Positions 1 through 13,441 of a stretch of 64,000 nucleotides of DNA are shown piece by piece. Each line of letters starts with the position of its first letter. Position 1 is the stretch's first letter. Source of the stretch: a virus; the IMG/VR virus record IMGVR_UViG_3300005537_000002, positions 113,638 to 177,637 of that record; one strand, given 5' to 3'. The notes beneath the pieces are model-generated. The model was not told the DNA's origin, did no database searches, and worked only from the letters and a program-made list of their open reading frames with translations. A program made the position numbers and the translations under genes.

Positions 1-26
1 ACGACGTAACACTCACGCAGGTAGAG

Positions 27-2720
27 TTGGAAAAAGCTAATGCATACATGTACTCACGGAAGACCATTATGCACGACGATGGAGAGTTCTACTTCTATCA
101 CGGACTAAAAGGTGCACTACATCATGCTTTGCGTGTGGCAATTAACGATTACCACGAAGAGCACAGGATGGACTACGAACGCTTTATGAGTATGCCAACA
201 GCTAAGGAAGGCCGGCGTAAGACTATTCTGTACGCCGAACTAGACTCGGAAGGGCTTATGCCTATCTGTGCTGACTGGCAGACGACTCACCAGGAGTTGG
301 AAGACGTAGTTAGACGATGTCTAGAGACAAAGCCTTTCACTGACGATGACTTAGCAGACGCTCTCGTTTGGGGACTTCGCGCTCGTATGGTACTAGCTGT
401 GCAGAGAGTGATAGCCGAATGGAGACCAAAGCTAGAGGCGTTGACGTATACTGTTTGGCTTGCTAACCAGATTGACCTAGCTTGCCAACACATACCGACA
501 GACAGCGAACGGACGTTGGACATCGAGATCGTTGTAGAATGGATGCTATCGCAAGACAAGGCCAAAGTAATGGACCACTGTCTGCGTGGAGTACAGCCAT
601 ACTACGACACAGACGTTTGCGATCTGTGGTTTGCCTATTACAACTAAGTACAGTTAGTTTACAGTGTAGAGTACGTAAAGTACTCTACACTGTGCTATGA
701 AGGGGGTATAAACATGCCTTTATGGAAAGTCTCTGATTTCAAGTTGTATCGTGGGACATTTACAGACTCTGAAGGGTTTCACGCGGTTGTGTTCCATGCG
801 CTTGACGAGCTCAACGAGGTATATGTTCTTGGGGATGAGTACACTGACGCCAAGGATATAGAGGTCGAGTTGCATAAACAGCCTTCACTCTACGCCGACC
901 TGGAAATCGGTATCATTATTAAGGAGAGGGAGTAATTATGCCGAATACAGCACTAGGCAATGAGTATTGGGATAAAGCTATCCCCTTTCCAGATGCAAGT
1001 CCGGAAGTGGACGTGTACACCAATATCCGAGGTATTGCGGACATGCACAACGGAGACGTAACCAAAGTTGTAGAGCACCTGAAAGTGCATATACTTGACC
1101 GGTGGCGAAAAGTGGCAAAGATTCCAGGCTTTGACCAGCAGTATTACGACAACTGGAACCGTCGAGTACAGTTGTTAGAGACTGAGATACAACATCTCGA
1201 ACAGCGACAGAAAGGGCACGCGAATGCCTAAAACCGTAGAGCAGTTAGCGTTGGAGTTGGATGACGAAGAAGTACTGGCTGCGTATGCGTACTTGCAGTT
1301 CAACTCAGCCGTAGACAACGACTGTTGGTTGAGAGTCATTCTATCATGCGGTAACGAAGAGGACCGTACTTCGATTGAAGCCTATCTAGCGAAGCTATGG
1401 CCTAGCATACGACTGCCTTCAACTGACGACATGAGAGAGTTCGTCAAGCAGCAGTGGACTAAGTACCCACCGAAGGTACGGGAGACTCCTAGGTTCGTGC
1501 AAGCACAGTTGTATGTGGAGCTTATCAAAGAGGCTCAACAAGGTATCAAGATAGAACGTAACCTCAAACCTAACCCAAATCTAGAGCGCACGACACAACA
1601 GTATACGGATGCCATTGATAGATACCTGTGGTGGTTACGAGTCAATGGCTATGAAGTGGCTGACAGAGCTCATACTTAGGACTCTGTCAGTAAGAAATGG
1701 AGGTCAACTATGGGAGCGCTATTTGAGCGCCGACCGGAAAACGCTATTCCGAGGCACGTGAGAACTATGCTGCAAATGTTGTTAGACAACCAGCCGGAGT
1801 TTGCTGGTCGAACGTATCCTGGTATGCCAGATGAGATGTTAGGACCTCACTCGGCAAGCTTCGTAATGGAGTACCATGGACAGGCACTAGTTGTTACTGT
1901 CACTGACGTGGACTCTGTCGCACTAGCGAGGGAGGACGAAAGTGACATGCCCGAGTTTGTGGAGGCTCAGTTGTATCGTATGTGGGAGAACGGACCAACC
2001 GACGAACCCGTCGTACAACCACCACTCTGGTATGAGGAGGACTAAACTATGTCTAAGATCTCTTGGTACACACTACTAAGCCGTCTGAACGAATCTTGGT
2101 TAGAAGAGAATGACATGTTAGGAGAAGTAACTGAGATATACTTGCAAGAACCCGAACACAAGGTAGGAGATATGGTAGCACTCTTCTACCACCTACTCGA
2201 CTGTGGTGATGACTTTTTCTGCCACTCGGATAGACATAACCCAGCTTATGCTGCTGAGAACGCTCTTACCAGCGACGGAGACGAAGTTATCCGATTCACA
2301 TTCCCCAACGGTAGCGAGTTTTACCTGACAGTAAGTAAAACTCCACCGGAAGGAGTCTCTACTGCATTCGAAAACACGTTCGACAGAGGTTCTAGCTACC
2401 GTACCGAGGAGTTGCTAGAACGACTCGGTTGGGAGGACTAAGCTATGTCTAGACGAAGTTGGAAACGTATACCACTCCGACAACGCTTGGAGGAAGCTTG
2501 GCAGTCGAACCCATGGTACGAACAATCGCTGTACACGTACAGGCTGTATACGAGTGAGGACGATACTTGGAGCTTCCAACAGCACCCGTTGCCGGAACGT
2601 TGCGGTCAGTGTCAGGAACTCTCCGGTTGGTGGGATCCGAGAATCGGTACATACCACTGTGCTAATTGCGGGTCGTACCGAACTCAACTTGCTATACAGG
2701 GCATCGTTTGGGTGCTATAG
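27..2720 (+). other. Early gene unit A: 7 hypothetical CDS (27-647, 714-935, 938-1231, 1224-1679, 1710-2045, 2049-2441, 2445-2720)
   Basis: Tiled co-directional ORFs with short gaps or overlaps and purine-rich RBS; the last has a CxxC..CxxC Zn ribbon. Confidence 0.8.
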
Positions 2721-2730
2721 TATAGGCCTC

Positions 2731-2760
2731 TTGTTTTCAGTGGGAGGTTTATATTATAAT
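2731..2760 (+). promoter_or_regulatory. sigma70-type promoter (cassette family)
   Basis: TTGTTT-18nt-TATAAT followed by a long AT tract. Confidence 0.8.
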
Positions 2761-5673
2761 ATAATATATAAATGAACTTACAATACACGAAGGAGGGATC
2801 ATGCTACTACTACGCATACACGTACCAAGTAAAGAGGAGGGGGATCGGTTTCACCATACGGGGCCTACTGACAAGATGGTGGAAGGTGTACGACTATATG
2901 GCACGTTTGGTGTCATTACTAGAGAAGACAAACCCACTTCAGTGGGGTATCGCGGTGGTGGGAGTTACGAGTCTGACGATAGTTATGTAGGATCTGCAGA
3001 CATCACTTGCGACGACGACCAGATAGAGGCTACCTTCCAGTGGTTGCACTCCAACGGCTTTTGGAACGTAACGATAGAAGATGCTGGCTTCTATGTCGAA
3101 CATGATCAACGAGAGGCCGACCGGAAAGCACAATTGCAATGGAAGAAGGACCACGCAACTGAACTGTTGGACCAGATCGTTACGATAGCCGTAGCAGAAG
3201 AACACCAAGCAGTATACAGACTTCCTTACCGGTGCATCTACGAAGTTATGTTGAGAGCATCAGTTAACTTCTCGATTCCAGACGATGAGGACGATCCGAA
3301 CAGTTCAACACACCCACTTACTCCCGCGGAGTTCTTTGAGATGCTCGACGAAGTCGGTTTGTGTAACCGGTGGTTCCGACTAAGTAACGCATTGTACGAA
3401 GCCGACTGGCAACAGTATAAAGTAGCTGACATTAACCACTGGGTTGTATAGATATGGAGTCTAGCCGTGATGAGTGAACGCGAAGATGCCCGATCAGAGG
3501 AGTACGTAGAGTTACCCCTACCGAAGCGTATCTACTATCAAATGTTGGATGCTGTTTCTCGTGTTTTGAAAAGAGATATGACTGACACCGAGTGGTATGC
3601 AGCCGGTAGACCTATGCTTGCAGCAGAAGTCCCACCCAGACGTACTCGCAAGGTGTATAACACATCGTACTGCAGACATTGCAACCGAAATAAAGTTGCA
3701 AGTTGGTCAAAGACCAAACTCTGTAGGTCTTGTAGGCAGCTACACTACACCCGGGGTTGGCCTACCGAAGCTCCGAATACTGTAGAGGAGTCCAACGATG
3801 TTCAGTAGTAGGGATAACCGGTTGCACGCACGTTATATCAACGGTATACCCGTGGGTGAGTGGTTGATGCAACAGCCAGAGTGGGTAGAGGTGTTTGAGC
3901 GTATTAAGCCGACCTACTTAGGTATGACAGTGACTTGCCGCTATAATGGGTACGACGAGTCGACAAGTACTTACTACACTCGTAGGTCTACTGTCGTGGA
4001 TGTGGATATGGGGGCTCACGGTAATGGAGTCTGGTTGGTCGTTGCAAGTAGGGAGTTTGGTAAGTTAGTACGATTGCCGGGATATGCAATCGTCGTAAGG
4101 AATAGACTTATTAAGACTTACCTCGACGATTTGGATCGAGAGCGTAGAGCTAGGTACTTACTACGTTCGCAATTACATGTAGCTGTCGATGTACCAATGG
4201 ACTAGTCACTGTGCTAGAGGAGGTCAACTATGACACTGGAAGAACTGAACGAACGGTTACCGGAAGAGTTGAGAAGCCGTACGTTAGAGGGAATCAACGA
4301 ACGCATCATCAACCATCCAGCGTTGGGGGTTACATATTGTATCTCGCAAGGGCAATTGGACCGTACAATTGCGGGAGATGAGTGGTCAGAGTACGCGAGT
4401 AACTTAGTCTTAGCCGACATTCAGCAGGAGGTTGTGGCAGCTCGAATGCGTCTGTTCTTAGGAGACATCTTCTCGAAGATGGTTGAGTTCGGTGCCGAAC
4501 TTATCGAACTGGAAGCTGATAGATGGCGTCGGCTACTAGACTACAACGGAGACTGGACGAGTTCTCTCAACTATGATAACGATTGGTTTGCTGTGAGACT
4601 TAGTAAAGAGCTTGAAAAGAAGGGGTTACTATGAGTGACAATCCGTATGAGTTGCGTAGTTTTGATCGAGAAGCACTGATAAAGGCAGTGCAACCCGAAC
4701 ATCCGGATGAGTTTAGCGCGTATTACTACTTGATGGAGCAGGCAGGCTTGTTCCGATGGCTGGCATTCGAGACAGATGAAATGTCTACCGCAGCTCAGGA
4801 GCAGGTCGCGGAGACATTTGAGAGCGTTGCCGCAGCAAAAATCTGCTGCTTTGACTTTGACTCTGTGTCAACAGACTGCAACCTGCTACTAGTTTATACT
4901 GACACCCAGTTACATAGCGTACTAACGCACGCGTGTCAGTACTACGAAGAGGAGGTCGAGTAGACTACTATGCAGACCGGCGGATATGAAGGGTACACGC
5001 TACGCAAGTTCGATTACGTCGACGTACGTGAGATCACTGGCAGATACGAGATGAGCCTTGAGGATTGCCAAGCATATGTACAAGGGCATATACAAGTAGA
5101 CGTCACCATACCTTTTAGTGCAGAAGTCGTAGGTAAGGTAGGGGTAGTAAGAAAGGTTGCAGAAGTAATAGAGTACCTAAGGCCGGACCTTATATGCTTT
5201 CAGTACGTCGTAGTAGGAGGTGCCTTGTTAGTAATCGCCCATCGCAACGGATCGTTCGCTAGACAACTGCTACAAAGGTGTACGTATGAGTGACAGGCTA
5301 GACGACGAGTATGCTAAGGCTGTAGAAGACCTAGCCCGATCGGAGTTGCGAGGAGAGGTTACTGCAGAGGAGTTGGTGTGGCTGTACTCTAACCTACAGT
5401 GGTGGCGAGATGCTCTCCAACGCATTTACGAAGACCAAATGAGGTTTATCGAGTCGATGGCTCGATCGATGGAGTCCATCGGCAAGATAAAGAAGGGAAG
5501 TGACACGCAACGGACGTCACAGGAAGCTAGAGAACGGAAGTCTGCTCTCTTCAACCGTATTAAAAGTCGTAAGCGTTACCTGGAGTGTATCAAAGCACGT
5601 AAGTTGACGGTAGACAACTACATCTACATACGAAACCGACAAGCACAGATCTCGGACGCAGAAGGGGACGACA

Positions 5674-5994
5674 ATGGGTAGAGAAGACCCTAGAACAGAT
5701 CCTTATGAATCATATTATGGAGAAGAACCGTTTGACAAGACTCCCTATACTCGATCAGAGGAGTTTCAGTCGGCTCTGGATAGCTCTGACTGTAAGGGGG
5801 TTGAAGAGGCACACGCTTTAGGTTTAGCACAGTTGTATGAGCTGCAGGACGAAGTTAACGACGCTATTAGGATAGCTATTGCAAAGAAGGTGATGAAAGT
5901 ACTCGGTCGTATGTTGACTGAGGACGAGCAGGAAGATCTTAGAGACTGGTACGTGTCCGAGACTAGATGGCTGATAGGAGTTATAGAAAGCTAG
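5674..5994 (+). CDS. Hypothetical protein, paralogue of 6009-6308
   Basis: Shared MGR(E/D)..DP start and L.R.L(T/S)..E...(L/V)..W motif. Confidence 0.7.
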   Translation: MGREDPRTDPYESYYGEEPFDKTPYTRSEEFQSALDSSDCKGVEEAHALGLAQLYELQDEVNDAIRIAIAKKVMKVLGRMLTEDEQEDLRDWYVSETRWLIGVIES

Positions 5995-6008
5995 GAGGGA
6001 AATCGACA

Positions 6009-6308
6009 ATGGGTAGAGACATTGATCCGGACGAGTATGAGTACGAGCGACCTACGGATTTGGATGAGGCGTTAAAGACCGTAGGAGATCTACCGACAGT
6101 TAAGGATGCTGAAGAAGTGGCATTCGGTCGCCTAGCGGAAGCAGCTGGAGTAGCAGATGAGTATATAAGGGACGTAATAGTACGCGAACTGTCCGCCATG
6201 TTGCAACGTACACTGAGTAGGGAGGAGGTTGACGACGTAATGGAGTGGGTGCAGTCTAGTCTCCCGTCAGTTGGTTGGAGCATAGTTAGCAGAAGAGACG
6301 GAGTATAG
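6009..6308 (+). CDS. Hypothetical protein, paralogue of 5674-5994
   Basis: ATG at 6009 after GGAGG; LQRTLSREEVDDVMEW. Confidence 0.7.
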   Translation: MGRDIDPDEYEYERPTDLDEALKTVGDLPTVKDAEEVAFGRLAEAAGVADEYIRDVIVRELSAMLQRTLSREEVDDVMEWVQSSLPSVGWSIVSRRDGV

Positions 6309-7274
6309 CCATGATGAGGGTGAGTGAGTTGTTACACTCACTACAAGCTCTAAAAGAGGACGAACAGTTCTCTACGCTATATCCACTTATGTTAGGTATT
6401 AGCGGACCGTATAGCTTCCAGACTAGAAGAGGGCGACGACAGTACTACACGACACTGCAGGGCATAGCTGACATAGCAGACGACGACACTGTGCTAGGCC
6501 ACAAAACTGGAGATTTCTTTAGCGAGGCAGATAGAGAGTCCGCCGGCGAGTACGAGATCGGCATCGAGCGGTTGGTGTATATTATAGGTAATATGGTACC
6601 CAACGCTGAAGATGCTATGACCGTGTCTGAAGCCGAGCGTAAGTTAGCACAGCTGTGTAAGTACGGTTTAGGGAACGCTGGCGTGGTATTGATACTGGAC
6701 TGTGACGAGGACGTACCTTGTACGGAGGTTGCGTCAGTGGCAGTAAGTAATGGTCGAGTAGAGCTAGTTTCGACTGGAGCTACCAGTTGGTGTCACATCG
6801 GCTTACAGAACTGGTCGAGGTTTCAGAGGAGGATGTAAGAGTATATGTCACACTACGATGATTAAGGAGAAGTATGTCGTATAATAACAGTCGAGGACCT
6901 AGGAGAATACCTCTGACATGGTTTGAGTTGAAATCAATCACTCCTCAACCTCTATTACATAAGGGTACAGTATATGCACAACAGTTAACTGGTACACACT
7001 TCGATCCTGAGAGATGCTCAACTCAAGCATGGCGTGAGTGGGCTTATGATGCCATGCTTGTCGGCATTCGAAGAGCCTTTTGCGAGGAGCTGATTGAACG
7101 CTTACAGAAAGTTGCACTAGAGTACACTACTCAAACACACCAGCACATTAGTGCTTTCCAAGTACTGTATAGTGTCGGGAACGACAACTTGTTCCCGGAT
7201 AACTTAGGAGTCGACCTAGATAGGGACATTGGCGACAACATCTGGCGTCGAGTATCCCGACCTGACTAGGTCCA

Positions 7275-7314
7275 CAAGAGGCCGAAAGCTATTATACTTT
7301 CGGCCTCTTGTTTT
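7275..7314 (+). terminator. Intrinsic terminator-like hairpin overlapping the next promoter -35
   Basis: CAAGAGGCCGAAAG / CTTTCGGCCTCTTG stem followed by TTTT. Confidence 0.6.
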
Positions 7315-7337
7315 CGATTGGGTGAATATTTTATAAT
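7308..7337 (+). promoter_or_regulatory. sigma70-type promoter (cassette family)
   Basis: TTGTTT-18-TATAAT. Confidence 0.8.
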
Positions 7338-7384
7338 ATATTATATAAATATAATTCTTTCACACCTAACGAAAGGGGTAGCTA

Positions 7385-10300
7385 ATGAATACACTAGTTG
7401 GTACAGTTACGGACATCTCTCCGCGGAGGCTTAGGCTTTCACTCATTCGCGGCGGTGGACCTATCGGTACGCCATTGGTTGTAGTCGAGATGTCCGTAGA
7501 GGACCCCTACCGATCTTACTTTGGAGTGAGTTCACGGCAGGAGTTCTGGGGTAGCCGATGGGATGAGATTGCAGCCCCACAAGATATTCAGGTCGGTACG
7601 CGAGTGCGTATCGGTCTCAACCCCATCGGTATCCCGATGGACATTCGAAAGGAGGCACTGAGTGAGACAAACACCATCGACCCCCGAGTTCTTTGATCAG
7701 TGGGTACAGAGCTTTGCTAGGCGTGGAGAGCGGCCACGACACTGGAACGTTCCACCGGAGCATCCGCGTCTAGTAGAGTTATGCACTCTGCTCGGAACAG
7801 AGGTGAGTGATATAGCGGTCATTCACAGTATACAGTCAGAACCACCGGAGGAGTGTCGCACATCAAAAAGTGGGCGGAGGTACTCAATGCAAATTGGGTC
7901 TCGTGTGACATGGAAGATGGGGTATGACTTCCGAACGGCTGCTCCATACGCCTTCGTATGGCTTGATGGAGAGCAGGTCGTCTACAGATGGCCACAACAA
8001 GGCCAGTCATCACACTGGCTAGATTAAATGCTAGTTTATGTTGTTTAGTAGGGAGAACCAACTTGAGAGAGGACGAGCTAAAAGCTCTATACGACGAACT
8101 GGTAGGCGTCGCTAAGTTCTCAGTCATGAGAGCGTTGCTAGACGTAGCGGATAACAACGGAAGTAGATGGAGTGAGGACCTAGCAGACACCTGCTACTCG
8201 ATGACGGAGCAAGAGGCTGAAGGATTAGCACAGGTGTTTGTCGAGGATCCGGTTGGTGACATGCTAGTCTACTTCACGGACGAGCTTAGACACCTGATAA
8301 GGAAATATACCCACAAACCAGTCGAGGTAGTTGAGCGTGAAGGCTTTACTATCGGAGACCACATGGCAGTGGACGGTAGCGTAGAGGTACGCTACTATAC
8401 CATTGCTGGACCAGGGGTGTACACGAAGTCTTCAGCTGGTTTACAGCACTGCCTCGACGTGTTACGAGCACAGCCAGACCTCACTGTGCTACCAAACCGA
8501 AATGGGATTTATCAGGCCTATGTCAGTTGCAGTCTGATACAACGACCCTCACTAGACGCCCTGCGGAGCTATATCGGAGGCATACTTGTTGAGGCGGGCA
8601 TCCAGCCACTACAGACAAGTATCGTCTTGCAGTTTGGAGGAGAGCCGTATGAATAAAGACCAGTTTACAGCATACGTTGAGTCGTTACCTGGGAAGTTTG
8701 TACTCGCAGTTGCAGAGCGTATTACAAACGGCGAGTGCGGTCTTTATGAGAGATTCGAGGTGCACAAGACGCTAACGTACGCCATCGTGTGTAATGACTT
8801 ACCTCATTGGGTGGATAAGTATATATTGGACTCCGAGCATCCCATCGAGTTTCCATACACTGGCGTCCACGAAGACTGGTGGTTGGTGCTCTACAACGCC
8901 TTTAACCGAGAGGCTCAAGTAGTTATAGCGGACAAAGCGATAGAGCACATGGGAGATGTGCTTAAGGAGTTCATGGAGGCTGTGCGTAACAATCTAGCGC
9001 CTCACTTCGAAGGGGAGTTCTACGAAGACCCGAACGATTTCTACAACATACTAGAGAAGTCGATGGATAGTAAAGCGTTCCAAGTGTACATGCCGAACAT
9101 CGCGGCTAAGAAGGAATTCACGATATGAGTACGTGGTCTGGACTAACGGTACTCGATGAGGAGACGCAATACCTCATCGAGTACGTAGAAGCGTTACTAG
9201 GGGAGCTGCGGTATACTCGTAGTCAGGTTGAGTACGTAACTGAAGCTGGTTTCTCAGTCCGTAGGGTACTATTAGAAGGGGAGCACTACCCTAGAGGCTC
9301 TTGGTGCTATGAGATACGGTACGAGATTCCTGAAGCGGACGTAGTAGCACACCCCAGCCGTATTGGATTCCGTCGAGGTACTAAGTTGTGGAAAGTCCAG
9401 TTGGATCATCACACCGACCAGCAAATGATCAAGCAGCATTATGTCAGTCGGTATGCGAGAACCATTAACCTATGGCTCTCTCACTATAAAGCGTATGAGT
9501 TCGTCGCCATAGACGACGTTAGTAGCTTACCAGAACCCGTATGTAGAGTTGAGTTCGTGGACGACTACCCAAAACTGGAGACGTATTGGGGGGTTACTAA
9601 CGAACGTCTGAAGTCTTACTGGCTGCGGTTCGCATTTAGTCATTGGAAGCTCATTAGAACACAGTTACATGAGTCCGAGGGGTTTACCATTTGCAAGACG
9701 CTAGTCGGTACTGTACCCGGATACGTTATTGGAGTAGATTATCCATCGTCCGCTAAGGATACTAGCATCTCTCTATACTATTATGATCCGAACGCGGACG
9801 TAGACGAGATTCAAGCGGAATCTGCTAAGTTAGCCAGAAGTTTACACGAGGTAGGAGAGGGTATCTACGTCCGTACGAACTTGATGGGCATATCTCCGTA
9901 TGCCCATATTCGAGTCTTCTTAACCGACTGACAAGGAGGATCTATGACAGTAGACCCAGATCGAGAGTGGGACGACGAGTTCGATCCACGCAACCTACAT
10001 CAAGTACGAGAGGTGATCTTAGACGCACTGTCGTTTAGAGTCACTCAGAACTCTGCCCGTAAGTTATACCCTAATGTATACAACTGGCTGTGTACGTATG
10101 CTTCGTCCATGAGTAACGTCCAGCACTCACCCGACGATAGGATTCAGTCCTTTGACTTGTACAACAGAGTCCGTTGGTACGGAGAGGAAGATTTGAGCTC
10201 TCCGACGCGGGCTGTCACTGACAACGGACTACAACCTGTGCTACCTGGATTCGAACCTCCACAGTCAAGCCCAAGACGTTATCATATTACTATCGAAGTA

Positions 10301-10556
10301 TTAGACAACTGGAAGGATTAGGTATATGTATAGAGCAGAGTGGGATAGGAGACTGCGAGAGAGCAAACGTCAGTTGGAGGAGATAGCTGAAGAGTTCTAT
10401 CCGACGTGGCTCACAGAACTCGCCTCACTAACTGGAGAGAGTGTAGAGACGATAGACCGTAAGGTGATGTACATTGCAGAGCACACGACGTTAGGAGACA
10501 AGTACATAGTCATCAATACCTTGCTTATGTACTACCGACTCCCGTGGAAAGGCTAA
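7385..10556 (+). other. Early gene unit C: 7 hypothetical CDS (7385-7696, 7662-8027, ~7988-8656, 8649-9128, 9125-9931, 9944-10321, 10326-10556)
   Basis: Tiled ORFs downstream of the promoter. Confidence 0.75.
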
Positions 10557-10598
10557 ACGAGCAACTACAAGTAGAGGTGCAAACGTAGTTTGCACCTC

Positions 10599-10628
10599 TT
10601 GTTTTCAACCGGTAGAATTATTTATAAT
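10599..10628 (+). promoter_or_regulatory. sigma70-type promoter (cassette family)
   Basis: TTGTTT-18-TATAAT, preceded by an AGAGGTGCAAAC/GTTTGCACCTCT hairpin. Confidence 0.8.
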
Positions 10629-10672
10629 ATATTATATAAATATAATCTTACACACCACATGGAGGACTAGTC

Positions 10673-13322
10673 ATGGATATGCGTACTTGGACCCGAACGA
10701 TGTCCTTACAGGAGTACATCGCGTATGAGTGGAATGAGGGTGATTTGAAACTGGTTACAGATTTCATGCGTAAGTATACAGAAAAGTCGTGGACTGAAGT
10801 GTGCAGGCTCCGATTCGTCACGTTCTTTGCAGACCCTACGATGGAACTCCCCATACAACCGAATGGGGAGTGCACTTTAATGGCGTACCAGTTCGGTATT
10901 TGGCATGAGGAAAGGCGGCCAACTCTAACCGTAGGCAACGATGTGTACATTTGTTGGGATATAGAAGAAGGTAAGGAGAACTAATATGACGCTAGAAGAG
11001 TTACGAGCAAGAGTCGGAGAACGAGACTGGGAAGCGTTCGAGTCAGTGTATGACGTAGCTAGCATGCTTGCAGACGACGAGTTCGAGCTAGATTGGATTG
11101 ACACCTGGGTCCGAGGTATGAACGACATGCACTGTGCTAGAGCTTTGCCTCGAGTACTAGCTATGTGGACTATCGACTATATTCGCCGTTGCGATGCGAA
11201 TATAGAAGTTGTACTCTCGGCAACTTCTTTTGCTAACCAAGCGTCGCCGAATTTCGGTGATGCCTTTATAGCGGCGGTACGACAGGAACTTCACAAAGAG
11301 GAGTCGTAAGCACATGTCAAACGTCATTGTGCTACGTCACCAAAAGACGTATATCGTGATAGGAACTCCGCTCGACGACTTAGACAAAATTCGAGCGGAG
11401 ATACCAAATCTAAAACAGGGTGAGTGGAAGCTGTCCAGTCTAGACGACCTCTATCGAGCGTATCAGGCACCGAGGGTGGGTCAAGTCTATGTAGGCGTAG
11501 AACTAGCGAAGGAGTTGCGTAGACTGACCGGCTGGATCGAACATGAGTACAGTGACGACACCGAGTACAAGCTCGTCACTAACGGTGAGGTCGGTAGAGT
11601 ACTCATGTTCTACGCCTGTCACTTACGTAAGTGGAAGCACAGGTACTGGCCCATCAACCGTAATACACTAGGTCAATGTGCTACGTGCTACAACTATGCA
11701 CAAGCTGTTGGTGTACGTCCAGTTAAACTTAAGAAGGAGACAAGCAAATGATGACACTCGAACGTGTACGTGAACTCGTCGGAGAGAAGCACTGGGAGGC
11801 TTTTCAGCAAGAGATGGATATGTCCGTGGTGCTCGAGTCTGAAGAGGAAGAACTCTCGTTTTTGGATGCGTGGAAGTACCAACGCGACACTGCTGCGTGC
11901 GCAAGTGACATCTACGAGCAACTCGCTAAGTATGCGGTAGACTACATACTAGGTTGTGGAGTCTCCGTAGAGGACTACCTCGACTTCACTGACATGATCT
12001 ATCGACCAGACTTCGCAGAACAAATGCTAGTAGCTATAGACAAAGAGGGCAGCTCTCGTAAACAGTAAGACTAAAGGAGGAACTATGCCAATCACACTCA
12101 TATTAAGACATTGGAAGCACGCTAAATATATCGTGCTTGGGGTAGCAGAGACAGCTAACGAGGATGGGCTAGCTGAATACGACTCGATAGATGCCATCAT
12201 GAACGAGTCTAAGTATCTAGACTCACATAGATGGATTCTATCAGGCTTAGACGAACTTGCCTACGAGTTCGGGGAACAAGCTGTAGCAAGTGTGTATGTA
12301 GGCTCCGTTGTAGCAGCTGAGTGTATAGAACGTGTCGGTTGGCCGTACTACCAACTGAGAATGGCTCTAGAACATGCCTTAGAAGATGAAGGAGATGGTA
12401 TAGCACGTCGGTCTCACACAAGTGGAATCTTCGGTAGGGATCTCATATACGCTGTGTTACACCTGAATAGCACAGGTCACTTGTACAACCCGGTCAATCC
12501 AGAGGAAGGTGTTCCTTCTGGTAACTGTTGCTTTTGTATAGCAGAAAACGTAAACAAAGAAGAGTCGTAAGTGGATGAGCGAGCGTATATGGAACGTATG
12601 ATGGAGTAGGAGTTAATGTTGCGTAGTAGAAGGATTATTACTAGTGTCGTTGCTCTCGCGGTCTGTGCAGTCGCTGGCACAGCAAGCGGAGCGTTAGTGG
12701 AGCTAACTTGGCCTACCGGTCAAGCACAGTGTGTTGTGTTGTTAGCAGGTATGGTCGGACTAGTACTTGGAGGTATGTCCGTACACTACTGGACCCTAAC
12801 CGAACCCAAGTACAAGCAGGTCGCAGTAGTGGAGGAAGATAACTTGCCAACGGCAAGTGCAACTGTGCTAGCGTTAGAGGACTATACGAACGACGAGTTA
12901 GTTCTAGAGGAGGATGCCGTATGAGCCTACTACACGATTACTTTGCGATTAGAGTGTTTGGTACTCATAAACAGGCTAGGTGGTTTCATAGTTGGGGTAT
13001 ACGAGAACCCCTTACGGTACACGTCGTGCACAGATGGACATACTCCTTAATGCTAGGTGAGAGAGGAGAAGTTGGATTTAGACCTACAGAACTGGACGAG
13101 CTACTGCCAGTGGTAGGCCTTCCAAGGCCGAAGATGTATCGGGCAGAGGGTGCAGCTGCTAAAGAGCTAGGGATACTAGTCTCATGCGTGGAGTGGAAGA
13201 GTATATCGCCTCAGACACCGCATGCTGATGAAGTTGGATATTGGAGGGTACTCAATGGAGTATGGACGTTTTACCTCCGACATGATTGGCTCTGGTTTAT
13301 GTACTCACCCGTAAAGGAATAA
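10673..13322 (+). other. Early gene unit D: 7 CDS (10673-10984, 10986-11309, 11314-11751, 11748-12068, 12085-12570, 12616-12924 membrane protein, 12921-13322)
   Basis: Tiled ORFs; 12616 has two hydrophobic helices; contains a duplicated gene pair. Confidence 0.8.
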
Positions 13323-13366
13323 CGCCAACCCGAGTCGAAAACAAGGTACATTTACTCTATGTCCTC

Positions 13367-13396
13367 TTGTTTTCGACCGGGGTAATTATTTATAAT
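13367..13396 (+). promoter_or_regulatory. sigma70-type promoter (cassette family)
   Basis: TTGTTT-18-TATAAT; the -35 lies inside a GTCGAAAACAAG/CTTGTTTTCGAC inverted repeat. Confidence 0.8.
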
Positions 13397-13441
13397 ATAA
13401 TTAATAAATAATATTAACTACACCCAAAGGAGGTTGGCATC

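Larger units (their letters stand above)
2801..7269 (+). other. Early gene unit B: 11 hypothetical CDS (2801-3451, 3467-3808, 3798-4205, 4230-4634, 4631-4963, 4970-5293, 5286-5681, 5674-5994, 6009-6308, 6311-6838, 6874-7269)
   Basis: Tiled ORFs with RBS; 3467-3808 has CxxC..CxxC. Confidence 0.8.
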
